Positions 54,954 to 64,000 of a DNA stretch of 64,000 nucleotides are shown here, piece by piece. Both the position numbers and the translations under genes were made by a program. The stretch is from the NCBI GenBank assembly GCA_044360195.1, contig JBIKKT010000015.1, forward strand, positions 429 to 64,428, given 5' to 3'. The notes beneath the pieces are model-generated. The model was not told the origin of the DNA. It saw only the letters and a program-made list of their open reading frames with translations, and did no database searches. The first letter of the stretch is position 1. Each line of letters opens with the position of its first letter. The DNA comes from Bdellovibrionota bacterium (GTDB lineage: Bacteria; Bdellovibrionota_C; UBA2361; OMII01).

Positions 54954-57446
54954 TCAGCCTTCCAGGTGAAGAGGATCCTCTGGCCACCTATGCTTAGGGT
55001 ACCTTCCGCGTAACTCCTTGCGCACCTCTGGATAGCTGTTGCGCCAAAAGCTTGCGAGGTCTTTTGTGACCTGCACGGGCCGTCGCGCAGGAGAGAGGAG
55101 GTGGACCGTCATGGGGACTTGAGTCTTTCCAAGACGGGGAGCCTCCGCTACACCAAAGAGTTCCTGAATGGTAGCAGCAAGTATAACCTCATTAGGTTGC
55201 GAATAATCAAGGTGGCGAACCTTCCCGGAAGGAAGCTTGTAAGATTCCGGGGCGACGCTCGCTAGCTCACGTTGCTGCGGATATGTAAGGAGGGCCAATA
55301 CTGCTTCAGAGACAATACTTGTTGTAATCGAACGCAAGCGATACGGCGCGCGCAGAAAAGGCTGCAGCCAGAGATCTACGCCTCTCATCAACTCCGCATC
55401 AGAGAGCTCCGGGAAGCCTTCACAGCCAAGCGCGCATTGCGCAAAGAGTACACGCTGCCTAAGACGGGTGACTTCCTCTGAGAACGGCAGGCGCGAGAAC
55501 CCTTCTTTTGTTTTTAGCCAACTGAGTAACCCTTCAAGCTCTTGTTCAGGCTCCAACTGCTGATTCGGTTGTTCAGAGATGACAACCGTGCCAAGCATGC
55601 GCCGTTTGGATGCAACCAGGGCTCCGCGGTGGTCATCGAAGCTAACAGCTAATTCATCCGATACAAGCGATCGCAACGGGCCCTCAAAGAGCCTAGAGTC
55701 AAGCCGCGCGGCCAGACCAATCTTTGCATCTCCGACACCCTCCTTCTGCTCAATCACCACAAGGTATTCAGAAGCGGCCAGTGGGTCACCCTCCTTAAGC
55801 GTAGCACCCTGGCCTGAAGCTACTAGATAACGGGGAGAGTTGGCGCCCCGCCGTTTTGCAACGGATAGTGGAAAGGCCTGTGCGAGAAGAAATCCAACGT
55901 GGTTGTCGTCGGTTAGTAGGTCGCGGTCGCTGGTGACCCGCTGGTTGCGAGGAATCTTCTCAATACGACGCAACCAGCGCTCAGCGAGCGCATGGATGCG
56001 TTGCAGGCGAGGATTGCTGCTCCTTGCACCTTCGATAAGCGCAAGGCGTTTTGCAATGTCAGCGCCTGAGTCAACTACGTCCCGCTCTTCTATTATAGCT
56101 AGTAGCCGCGCTGCGACAGCCTCTAGCCCTAGAGCTCGAGCTGAGAGGGCGAGTTTACCCAAAACAGGGTGAGTGCCAAGCTCTGCAAGCTGCCTCCCCT
56201 CTGAGGTAATCGCGCCACCACCAGACACCGCACCGACAGTTAACAGCAGTGATTGCGCAGCAGCGATCGCAACTTGTGAGGGCTTAGTAATCCATGAGAA
56301 CTCGGCCGGTTTTGTTACCCCCCACGCGGCTAGGTCTAAGAGGGCAGGGGCCAGGTCTACCCGCAGCACCTCAGGCTCTCTGAATGGGCGTAGCGCCTGG
56401 TGTTCTTGCTCACTCCAAAGCCGTATGCAGACGCCAGGCGCTGTTCTGCCGGCGCGACCCGCGCGCTGATCGCTTGAATCGCGGCTAATACGCTCTGTCT
56501 TAAGCGACATGGTACCGATTGAGTCGCTGCGGGATACCTTGTGAAGCCCTGAGTCGATTATGATGCGGACCCCTTCAATGGTAACGCTTGTCTCTGCGAT
56601 ATTGGTTGAGAGTACAACCTTCCTCCTCCCACTCGTATCCGGTAGCATGGCGCGCTCCTGCTCGGTTGGAGAGAGATCGCCATAGAGCGGCAAGATTACT
56701 GTCCCGTTCATTCTGCTCTGAGTGAGCAGGGCCTCGGTACGTTGAATCTCATAGAGGCCTGGCAAAAAAACTAACGCATCTCCCTCGTGCTGGTTCAAAG
56801 CCGAGAGGGTGGCGGCTGCTACCCGATCCCAAATCGGAAGACGACTCTCGCCGGGCATGTAGCGCACGGTAACGGGGAAGGTGGTACCCGAAAACTCATA
56901 CCGAGCAGCGCCGGAGAGATTGTCAAGGACGCTCGCATCGGAGAGTGTGGCAGACATCACCACCAGTCGCAGGTCAGGTCGAAACGTTTCTGCAATCTCC
57001 CTCGCCAGTGCAAGACCGATATCTGCGTGGATACTCCGCTCGTGAAATTCGTCAAATATTATTGCTCCTACGCCCTTAAGTTCCGGGTCAGAGATAATTC
57101 GTTTGGCGAGAATCCCCTCAGTGATGATCTCAAGGCGGGTCGCAGCCGATGCAACGCGCTCAAGTCGCATCTGGTAGCCAACGGTTTTGCCGACGGGTTC
57201 ACCTAGCATCTCCGACATGCGGGTAGCCACGCTCTTGGCTGCGAGGCGTCTTGGCTGAAGCATCAGGCAACGCTTGCCTGCCATCCACGGTGCATTGAGC
57301 AGTGCAAGTGGAAGTACCGTTGTCTTTCCTGTGCCAGGAGGCGCTTGCAAAATGAGCGTTGTGTGTCTTTCAAGAAGGTCGGTTATCGGGCCGATGTGCT
57401 CATAAATTGGGAGTAAAGATGTGACCTTCGTATCCATCGCATTCAA
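54954..57446 (-). CDS. hrpB: ATP-dependent RNA helicase HrpB
   Basis: APPGTGKTT, DEFHERS, MSATL, TNIAETS.TI, QRAGRAGR, C-terminal LLSPARRP.Q.T.DL.SFW...Y.EVRKELRGRYPKH.WP.DP. Confidence 0.97.
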   Translation of the reverse strand: MNAMDTKVTSLLPIYEHIGPITDLLERHTTLILQAPPGTGKTTVLPLALLNAPWMAGKRCLMLQPRRLAAKSVATRMSEMLGEPVGKTVGYQMRLERVASAATRLEIITEGILAKRIISDPELKGVGAIIFDEFHERSIHADIGLALAREIAETFRPDLRLVVMSATLSDASVLDNLSGAARYEFSGTTFPVTVRYMPGESRLPIWDRVAAATLSALNQHEGDALVFLPGLYEIQRTEALLTQSRMNGTVILPLYGDLSPTEQERAMLPDTSGRRKVVLSTNIAETSVTIEGVRIIIDSGLHKVSRSDSIGTMSLKTERISRDSSDQRAGRAGRTAPGVCIRLWSEQEHQALRPFREPEVLRVDLAPALLDLAAWGVTKPAEFSWITKPSQVAIAAAQSLLLTVGAVSGGGAITSEGRQLAELGTHPVLGKLALSARALGLEAVAARLLAIIEERDVVDSGADIAKRLALIEGARSSNPRLQRIHALAERWLRRIEKIPRNQRVTSDRDLLTDDNHVGFLLAQAFPLSVAKRRGANSPRYLVASGQGATLKEGDPLAASEYLVVIEQKEGVGDAKIGLAARLDSRLFEGPLRSLVSDELAVSFDDHRGALVASKRRMLGTVVISEQPNQQLEPEQELEGLLSWLKTKEGFSRLPFSEEVTRLRQRVLFAQCALGCEGFPELSDAELMRGVDLWLQPFLRAPYRLRSITTSIVSEAVLALLTYPQQRELASVAPESYKLPSGKVRHLDYSQPNEVILAATIQELFGVAEAPRLGKTQVPMTVHLLSPARRPVQVTKDLASFWRNSYPEVRKELRGRYPKHRWPEDPLHLEG

Positions 57447-57883
57447 TAAAAGGCCTAGGGCCGGTTAACTCTCTAGAGCTTCGATCGTAGCGCGTGTTTG
57501 TGAGGAGGTCTACTAACTGGTATGTCGTGTGAGTAAAAAGATGGTGAGGAAGCACCACTGGTTACTGCCGACGGTAGTGAGCTAGGTTCAGAACAACAAG
57601 CATTAATTGCGTGTCGGGGGTCAAAGCACCTTCACATCCGGATGATACCGCGTGTTACCCACTCGATTCTAGGTTAAGCCAAAGAGCCATTCTGACGTTT
57701 GGGCTGAATTTCTGGGCTTTTTTTATGATGCACATCATGTCGCCCTGCGCAACAAGGCGGGGAGGCGGTGGTGCCCAAGGTCAAATTCCACTTTTGTGGC
57801 TGTATATTCCCGCTAATTGGATGATACTATGAGCTGTATGACCTATACTCCTTTGTGAGGAGCAACCTAAAGGGAGGGGCTGT

Positions 57884-58432
57884 ATGTACGGGTTAGTCAA
57901 TGAAGGAATCCGAGACATGGTGTTGGCTATGGCAGGTACTGACCTGTGGGAAGCTATAAGCCGTGACGCGGAGATCGATTCAGGCGGTTTTGAAGCACTG
58001 TGCCCCTATGACGACTCCCTCACCTACAAGCTCGTAGATTTGGTTTCGAAACGATTAAACCTCCCTGCCGAGGAAGTACTTCGTCGATATGGGAAGTATT
58101 GGATCACGTATACGGCAACTCAAGGCTACGGCGAGCTCATGCAACTCTTTGGAACTGACTTCCATTCATGCCTGACAAATCTGAATCGGATGCACGGCCA
58201 CATGGGAGCTATGATGCCAAAACTCTCTCCTCCCCGATTTCGGGTTGATGCCCGTGACGCTCAAAGCATGGTTGTTCACTATTATTCTCAACGCGAGGGG
58301 CTGGGGCCGATGGTGGTAGGTCTTTTGGAGGGATTAGCCGAGCGATATGGCGAGAGGATATCGATAGTGCACATTCCGAAGGGTGCTCGCTCAGACCATG
58401 ATGAGTTTGAGGTGTCACTTCACTCTGTATGA
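57884..58432 (+). CDS. H-NOX heme NO-binding protein
   Basis: MYGLVN, proximal His (LNRMH), P.L.PP.F, YxSxR (YYSQR). Confidence 0.93.
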   Translation: MYGLVNEGIRDMVLAMAGTDLWEAISRDAEIDSGGFEALCPYDDSLTYKLVDLVSKRLNLPAEEVLRRYGKYWITYTATQGYGELMQLFGTDFHSCLTNLNRMHGHMGAMMPKLSPPRFRVDARDAQSMVVHYYSQREGLGPMVVGLLEGLAERYGERISIVHIPKGARSDHDEFEVSLHSV

Positions 58433-60189
58433 TACTATCCGCCGATCAATGTGCGTTCGATGAACTGTATCCCTTCTCGTACACTACCGACGCGAGCGGG
58501 GCGTTCCTAGCACTTGGTCGCTCTCTGCGGAAGCTCTATCCGGAGCTCGCAATTGGTGGGCATTATCAAGATGGTTTTTCAGTTGTGCAGCCAGGTGGAC
58601 TCCGAGGGCCCGTTCCCCCGTTAGCTCTCAATGGCGAGCTGGTGATTCTTGAATCCGTCGAGAATCGAGACATCAAGTTTCGAGGGCATATGGTAGCAAC
58701 AAATGCTTCTCCTCCTACCTACCTTTTCGCTCTGAAACCCCTCATCACCTCGCTCTCCGATATCTCACGATTAGGGCTGACTATTGCGGACTTCGAGGTC
58801 AGCGACCCCATCTTTGACTTCCTCATGTACATGCAAAGTCAGCGCACCGATCAACAGAAACTGCGCGAAGCGAAAGTGCAGCTCGAGTGGGACCATGGTG
58901 TCGCGAAACTCCTTCTCTCGATAGCGCTCACTACCGAGAGGAGCGAGACTGAGCTAGACATTTATCGTGCAGCGCTCTCCCCAGTCTGCGACTTCCTTGA
59001 TTGGGAATTTGGTCACGTGTTTTTAGTTTCCGAGTCTTACAAGGGGCAGCTCGTCTCGGGCAAGGTTAGCACCAACCGAGATCCAGACCAATTTGGAGCC
59101 TTTGAGGGCGCCTCTCTTTCCTCGGCTCTCTCGTGCCTCGAAGAGCTCCCCGGGAGGGTATGGCGAACGCAAGATGTTGTATGGGTTCAAAACATGCAGA
59201 GCGGGCTCACCCCTTCTCGGCGCATTGGAGTGGCAAGTCTCGACAATTTGACCGGCGTCGGAGTTCCAGTCGTTGTTAACAACGAAATCGTCGCCATCCT
59301 GGAATTCTTCACGGCCCGCACTATCTCGGACAACGAGAACATGAGGCAATTCTTCACATTCCTTTCGGTTCAACTCGGAGGCGCAGTAGCTCGTTCTCGT
59401 GCCGAACAAGCAGCTCGTCAGCACCTAGCAGGACTCGCTAACGCGTCAAAGATGGCGACGCTCGGAGAGATGGCGGCGGGGGTTGCCCACGAGCTCAACA
59501 ATCCACTTCACAACCTTACGCTCATCAATCATATCCTCAAGCGGCTTTCTCAGTACGGGCCACTCACACCAGAGCAACTCCATTCACAGCTCAGCAAGGT
59601 AGACTCAGCTGTACAACGAATGTCATCTATAGTGGGCGCTCTCCAGGGGTTCTCGCGAGATTCCTCCCACGACCACTTTCAGAAAGCGTCGTTGAACAGA
59701 TTGCTTCGGGAGACCCTGGAGCTCAGCAACGCGAAACTTTTGGGGCGCGGCATTCAGGTCTCAGTTACGAACATTCCAGATACATGGACCGTTGAGTGCC
59801 GACCATCACAAATCTCACAGGTCATCCTTAACCTTGTGAACAACGCTTATGATGCAATCAGCGAACTTGTCGAGCAGTGGATCCGTGTTGAGGTTAGTGA
59901 TACCGGCGTGGCCTATGAGATCGCGGTTTTAGACTCGGGCCCAGGGGTCCCTCCAAACATCGCAGAGAATATCATGACCCCGTTCTTCACGACTAAGCCT
60001 CCCGGAAAGGGCACCGGCTTGGGATTGAGCATCTCAAAGAACATTATGGCGGATCACAATGGCTCCCTCTCTCTCGATCTAAGCTCTCAGCGCACTCGAT
60101 TTGTGATCATGCTGCCCAAGCACAACACTATATCGCCACCTCAAGAGGTCGACTCGCAACGGGCTCTCACCTTAGCGCAACGGGAGTAA
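58429..60189 (+). CDS. H-NOX-associated histidine kinase (HNOBA/PAS-GAF-HisKA-HATPase)
   Basis: F.ELYPF (HNOBA-like), GAF (LPGRVW...GVPV), AHELNNPL, N-box NLVNNA.DA, DSGPG, PFFTTK, GTGLGL. Confidence 0.92.
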   Translation: MILSADQCAFDELYPFSYTTDASGAFLALGRSLRKLYPELAIGGHYQDGFSVVQPGGLRGPVPPLALNGELVILESVENRDIKFRGHMVATNASPPTYLFALKPLITSLSDISRLGLTIADFEVSDPIFDFLMYMQSQRTDQQKLREAKVQLEWDHGVAKLLLSIALTTERSETELDIYRAALSPVCDFLDWEFGHVFLVSESYKGQLVSGKVSTNRDPDQFGAFEGASLSSALSCLEELPGRVWRTQDVVWVQNMQSGLTPSRRIGVASLDNLTGVGVPVVVNNEIVAILEFFTARTISDNENMRQFFTFLSVQLGGAVARSRAEQAARQHLAGLANASKMATLGEMAAGVAHELNNPLHNLTLINHILKRLSQYGPLTPEQLHSQLSKVDSAVQRMSSIVGALQGFSRDSSHDHFQKASLNRLLRETLELSNAKLLGRGIQVSVTNIPDTWTVECRPSQISQVILNLVNNAYDAISELVEQWIRVEVSDTGVAYEIAVLDSGPGVPPNIAENIMTPFFTTKPPGKGTGLGLSISKNIMADHNGSLSLDLSSQRTRFVIMLPKHNTISPPQEVDSQRALTLAQRE

Positions 60190-60225
60190 AGTTTACATCT
60201 CAACAGGCCAAACTTGGCGAGGTGC

Positions 60226-61683
60226 TCATGATGAAGAAAATATGTGGCCCTTATATCCATCGCACTCGATAAACAGCCCCGCGCCGGTAATCTCCTCCAT
60301 GCTGCGCTCGTACTGTGCGTGAGTGAGTAAGTCCACTAAGCGCACGTTTTCTTCCGCCACGAGGGTTAAAGGAAGCGAGACCCGACACTGACTGCGGTAC
60401 GGCGCCAGGTTAACCACAACAAGGAGCCAGTTATTGCGGAGGGTCAGGAAGAAGGCTACAAAACTATCGTTACTAGGATTTCCCTCCCAGGCATGTCGCG
60501 GCGTAAGCAAGGTCCACTCTCCCTCTTTAGCAATGTCTGATTGCACGATAGGTAAGAGGGTGTTGTAGAAGGCTAGAAGCTCTGGGTTGTCTTGCTCCTT
60601 TGGTCCGCGCCTTAGGTGAACCGGAATACGGACCTTGTGGCCCTCGAACTGCCCACGGTGAAAGAAGCGCAGACCGGGCGTGAGGTACGAAACGAGCGCC
60701 ATAGCTTCACTGTGGTCGGTACTTACCCGCGAAGCGATACGAGGCTCGTCGTGATTTTCAAGGAAGCGCACCATTTTGCGTTGGTAGGTGAGGGGAGCTG
60801 CAAGGTGGGAGCGAACGCTCTGGGCACTTGACTCGACCAAACGATCGTAGAGAGCCTTATCGTAGGTGTAATCAAAGCCGTGCTGCTGCAGCTTGTATTC
60901 GTAGTCCCAATACACTTCAGCCATAAAAAGAAATTCTGGATGTGTTGCCTTCACGCGCTCTATCGCCTCTGGCCAAAAGTGTGGGATCTTCGGATCGAAG
61001 CTGCCGTTTCGTCCAGCCCATGTGCGCGCAAAAACCTCAGGCTCAAGAAGCATCGCCATATCACACCGCACACCGTCGCACTGTGATGCAACACGTTGAA
61101 GCTCTGCAATCATCTGCTCTCTGAGTGCCGGGTTAAAATAGTTAAGCTGCAAGGTGTCCGGCCAACCAGGAAAGTACGGGTCGCGGCCGTGTGCTAAGAT
61201 CTCACCACCTGGAAGACGAACATAGTTACCAGGCTGCTGCTCAAGGTCTGCTTCTGTTCCCGTAATAAAAAAATTTGGATTGGATTTAACCCACGGATGA
61301 TCCAGGGCTACATGATTGGGAACAAAATCAAGAAGTAAACGAACTCCCCGAGCAGCAAGCCGCTTCCTTAGCCGTGCAAGCGCAAGCTCTCCACCAAGCT
61401 CAGGAGTAACGTGATACCCGGCTACAGCAAAAGGAGAGCCACAGATATCGCTTTCGGTGAGATCGGGTAGTGCCCCTCGATACTCCTCGTGCCAATCTTT
61501 GTTGGACCGCGATATGTTTCTGCCTGCCTCGCCCAGTGACCAAACACCCAAAAGCCAGACCCAATCAAAGCGCAGCGCTGCTACCTCATCAAGGAGGCTA
61601 TCTGGAATATCATCCAGCACAGCGTGAGTGCCAAGTTCGCTAAGAAGAACTTTGGTGTTGATTTGATACAGGCTTGGGTTCAC
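60226..61683 (-). CDS. GH13 alpha-amylase family glycosidase
   Basis: DFVPNH, GVRCDMA, AEVYW, LENHDE catalytic regions. Confidence 0.92.
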   Translation of the reverse strand: MNPSLYQINTKVLLSELGTHAVLDDIPDSLLDEVAALRFDWVWLLGVWSLGEAGRNISRSNKDWHEEYRGALPDLTESDICGSPFAVAGYHVTPELGGELALARLRKRLAARGVRLLLDFVPNHVALDHPWVKSNPNFFITGTEADLEQQPGNYVRLPGGEILAHGRDPYFPGWPDTLQLNYFNPALREQMIAELQRVASQCDGVRCDMAMLLEPEVFARTWAGRNGSFDPKIPHFWPEAIERVKATHPEFLFMAEVYWDYEYKLQQHGFDYTYDKALYDRLVESSAQSVRSHLAAPLTYQRKMVRFLENHDEPRIASRVSTDHSEAMALVSYLTPGLRFFHRGQFEGHKVRIPVHLRRGPKEQDNPELLAFYNTLLPIVQSDIAKEGEWTLLTPRHAWEGNPSNDSFVAFFLTLRNNWLLVVVNLAPYRSQCRVSLPLTLVAEENVRLVDLLTHAQYERSMEEITGAGLFIECDGYKGHIFSSS

Positions 61684-61865
61684 CTAGGGAGTATATGACT
61701 TTAGCTGGGTGTGCGGGAAGGGGCGGTTTTATGACTAGGCCCTTTAGTTGTTCATATTAACCTGTCCAAAGGCTCCTCCGGAGCACCGCAGACCAGCGAA
61801 GACCCGAGGAACCGAGCTCATCGCTCACTAGCACCAACCACCTTCTTGCAGTAGCATGACGAATT

Positions 61866-62390
61866 ATGGGCAATCAACAGCAGAGAGTCCTCTCGCTCTT
61901 AACCGAGCTTGAGATCGAGCATTCTCATTTTACGCACCCCGCTGTCTTTACGACCGCAGACGTCGGCAAGCTTACTGAAGAGATCCCCGGCAGCGACACT
62001 AAGAACCTCTTTCTTCGCGATGAAAAGCGTTCTCGCTATCTTCTTGTCTGTGTTCGCGGAGAGACTCGGGTAAACCTGAAAGAGCTCGGTAAGCAGCTAG
62101 GCATTAAGGGCCTTTGCTTTGCATCACCAGAGGAGTTGCAAGCGCTGCTGGGAATCACCCCAGGTTCAGTGTGCCTCTTTGCGCTGATGAATGATTCGGG
62201 CGGGCGTGTGGTAGGGTATCTCGATGCCTCAATTGAACCTGCAGAGCAGATGCAGAACCATCCCCTTGAGAATACAGCTACGGTAGTTCTAACCGCAGCT
62301 AACATCGAGCGGTTTTGCTTACATGTAGGGCATCCAATCACTCGGATTGAGATTCCGACACGAGGTGCTTCAACTTCCCAGTCTCTTTAA
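61866..62390 (+). CDS. Prolyl-tRNA editing protein (YbaK/ProX family)
   Basis: HPAVFT, TKNLFLRD, LGITPGSV, HPL.NTAT. Confidence 0.9.
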   Translation: MGNQQQRVLSLLTELEIEHSHFTHPAVFTTADVGKLTEEIPGSDTKNLFLRDEKRSRYLLVCVRGETRVNLKELGKQLGIKGLCFASPEELQALLGITPGSVCLFALMNDSGGRVVGYLDASIEPAEQMQNHPLENTATVVLTAANIERFCLHVGHPITRIEIPTRGASTSQSL

Positions 62391-62665
62391 CCTGACCCGC
62401 AACGCGCTTTAAGACGAGGTAAAGAAACACCTACTCGTGAGTGAAGCGCTACCCATATTTAGGCCCCACACTTCTTCTGCTCCTCTAGCGACTTATAACT
62501 TTCGGATGAGGTTTATCGATTATCCAGTATACGCTGAACGGCTACTCGCATATTACGTGGCGGGGAAAGGACCCAGCACCGCCGCCGCCACCAGAACTAA
62601 CCAGGCGCTCACAGGCCATGCTCCTCTCCTGGTCAGCAAACGGAAGGCCTTCCCACCAAGGTGTT

Positions 62666-63418
62666 CTAGCCGTCAATTTTGGTTTTGACAGAGCTTAGAC
62701 CTCCATCTGCTCCGAACACCTGTCCAGTAATCCAAGATCCCTCATCCGTCAGGAGGATGGAGGCGAGTCCTTTGATATCATCTGCAACACCGAGCCTGCC
62801 AAGGGGGTGGAGAGCCCGAGAGAATGACTCTGCCGAGGGATTCGATGTTATCTTTTCGCTCATCTGGGTTTTTACAAGACCTGGAGCGATGCAATTAACC
62901 CTAAGTCCACGACCTGCGTAGGTTGCCGCAGCAGAGAGAGTGAGGCCGATTATTCCCGCCTTCGCGGCTGCAATGGCTTCGTGATTCGCCAGTCCGATCC
63001 GTGCCGCTGCGGAGGAGAAGAGAAGGACGGAGCCACCGGCGGTCATCGTTCGTGCAGCGGTCCTCACCACCAAGAAAGCTGATGTAAGGTTCTGATTGAT
63101 AACGGAAGAGAATTCGGCCTCACTCGTAAGGTGGGCTGGTTTTAAGAGGATGGAACCAACGCAGTGCGCCACGCCGGTGATCGTGCCTAATCTCGTGGTT
63201 GCTTGGGCAAAGGAGCCCTCAACCTCGGCGAGAACAGTTGCGTTAGCTGTTGCATATCCCGAAGCGCCGACGATAGAGGCGGTCTCGGCTAATCGCATCT
63301 CGTCGCGCCCTACGAGAAATGTCGACACGCCCTTATCGCGCAGTGTTTGAGCTATTGCAGAACCGATTCCACCACTACCACCAAATATAAGAACTCCAGC
63401 CATAGCATCCTCGATCAA
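62666..63418 (-). CDS. SDR family oxidoreductase
   Basis: GGSGGIG, VGSILLKP, SS.AA, IAAAK (Tyr replaced), RVNCIAPG, WITGQ....DGG. Confidence 0.93.
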   Translation of the reverse strand: MIEDAMAGVLIFGGSGGIGSAIAQTLRDKGVSTFLVGRDEMRLAETASIVGASGYATANATVLAEVEGSFAQATTRLGTITGVAHCVGSILLKPAHLTSEAEFSSVINQNLTSAFLVVRTAARTMTAGGSVLLFSSAAARIGLANHEAIAAAKAGIIGLTLSAAATYAGRGLRVNCIAPGLVKTQMSEKITSNPSAESFSRALHPLGRLGVADDIKGLASILLTDEGSWITGQVFGADGGLSSVKTKIDG

Positions 63419-63697
63419 AATTTTCGTCCTCAGTGTACTATGGTAGGGAGGCGGGATGCTATGAGAGATGTTGGGATGAGGTATATATTGAAGCTAAGCG
63501 AGGTGGAGGGGGGAGGCTCCTCCTTCTCCTCCTTCTCCTCACTCGTTCCTTGCTAACTCCTCCGACCGGAGAGCCACAAAGGCATCGACTCCCCTCCGGG
63601 TCTACCAGCTCGGCGAGGTTGGATAATGCTTGGTTCTCCATGAGCGGCTTTGAGCGCTTCTTGCACCATAGATGGCTCTTGATACCCGGCATATTCC

Positions 63698-64000
63698 TTA
63701 TGGATTGGTGTAGGTTGAACCGTCGAACTGCGCTGCTTCCCCCGGACGCAGCGCCATGGCAGAGTAATAAACACCCGAATCGTCCGAGGACCACCCGCGG
63801 ATAATCAGATTGGGCGACATACACCTCGACATGCGATTACGCCGGAGCACCAGCGTCTCTACCGACCTGCATACATCTCTCTTTACCGTATCACTCGTAC
63901 TCTGCAACTCGGCAATAATCTGGCTGTCTTTACTGACCTCGGTAACAGACTGTCCGACCGATGACTGCGAGCAGCTCGCGGAGAACATCAGGGAAACAAA
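63698..64000 (-). CDS. Possible lipoprotein, 5' truncated by window edge
   Basis: Frame is open to the window end (FVSLMFSASC lipobox-like). Confidence 0.35.
   Translation of the reverse strand, partial: FVSLMFSASCSQSSVGQSVTEVSKDSQIIAELQSTSDTVKRDVCRSVETLVLRRNRMSRCMSPNLIIRGWSSDDSGVYYSAMALRPGEAAQFDGSTYTNP

Noticed and set aside
63433-63824. Overlapping ORFs around the CTCCTT low-complexity tract (poly-Leu/poly-Arg)
   Set aside because: The homopolymeric runs come from a short microsatellite, and no frame is convincingly coding.

Overview
Bacterial chromosomal window from a Gram-negative organism. FtsA/FtsZ/MurC look deltaproteobacterial or Bdellovibrionota-like, but that impression is unverified. 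Bases 1-25.8 kb are housekeeping: dnaE (partial), AI-2E transporter, nadC, birA, lpxD, an HDOD protein, tatBC, a rearranged dcw cluster (murC-murB-ftsQ-ftsA-ftsZ, then hydrolase-murF-ddl on the other strand, then ftsW-murG), tsaA, orphan paralogues and aspS. Bases 26144-47014 are a ~20.9 kb integrative island. It is inserted exactly in the 7-nt anticodon loop (CTTAAAA) of the host tRNA-Leu(TAA). The host gene is left split into a 5' half (26113-26150) and a 3' half (47008-47059), and the island carries its own complete, sequence-divergent tRNA-Leu(TAA) bracketed by a 16-bp inverted repeat. Island cargo: tyrosine integrase, type I R-M (hsdRMS), an unknown nuclease-like gene, a complete type I Zorya (zorABCD), a serine resolvase and Mrr. 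It also has a phage-like minus-strand module in which two T4-late-type TATAAATA boxes precede (a) a ~420-nt densely base-paired, apparently pseudoknotted non-coding region and (b) a three-gene small-ORF operon. This module and the tRNA replacement are the best candidates for an undescribed system, possibly a phage-responsive satellite/defence element. Bases 47.1-64 kb are accessory and housekeeping genes: M14 hydrolase, VOC, rmuC, MNT-HEPN toxin-antitoxin, MarR, a secreted NuiA-domain protein, hrpB, an H-NOX/histidine kinase pair, GH13, ProX and an SDR. All calls come from motif recognition by eye; no searches or folding programs were run.
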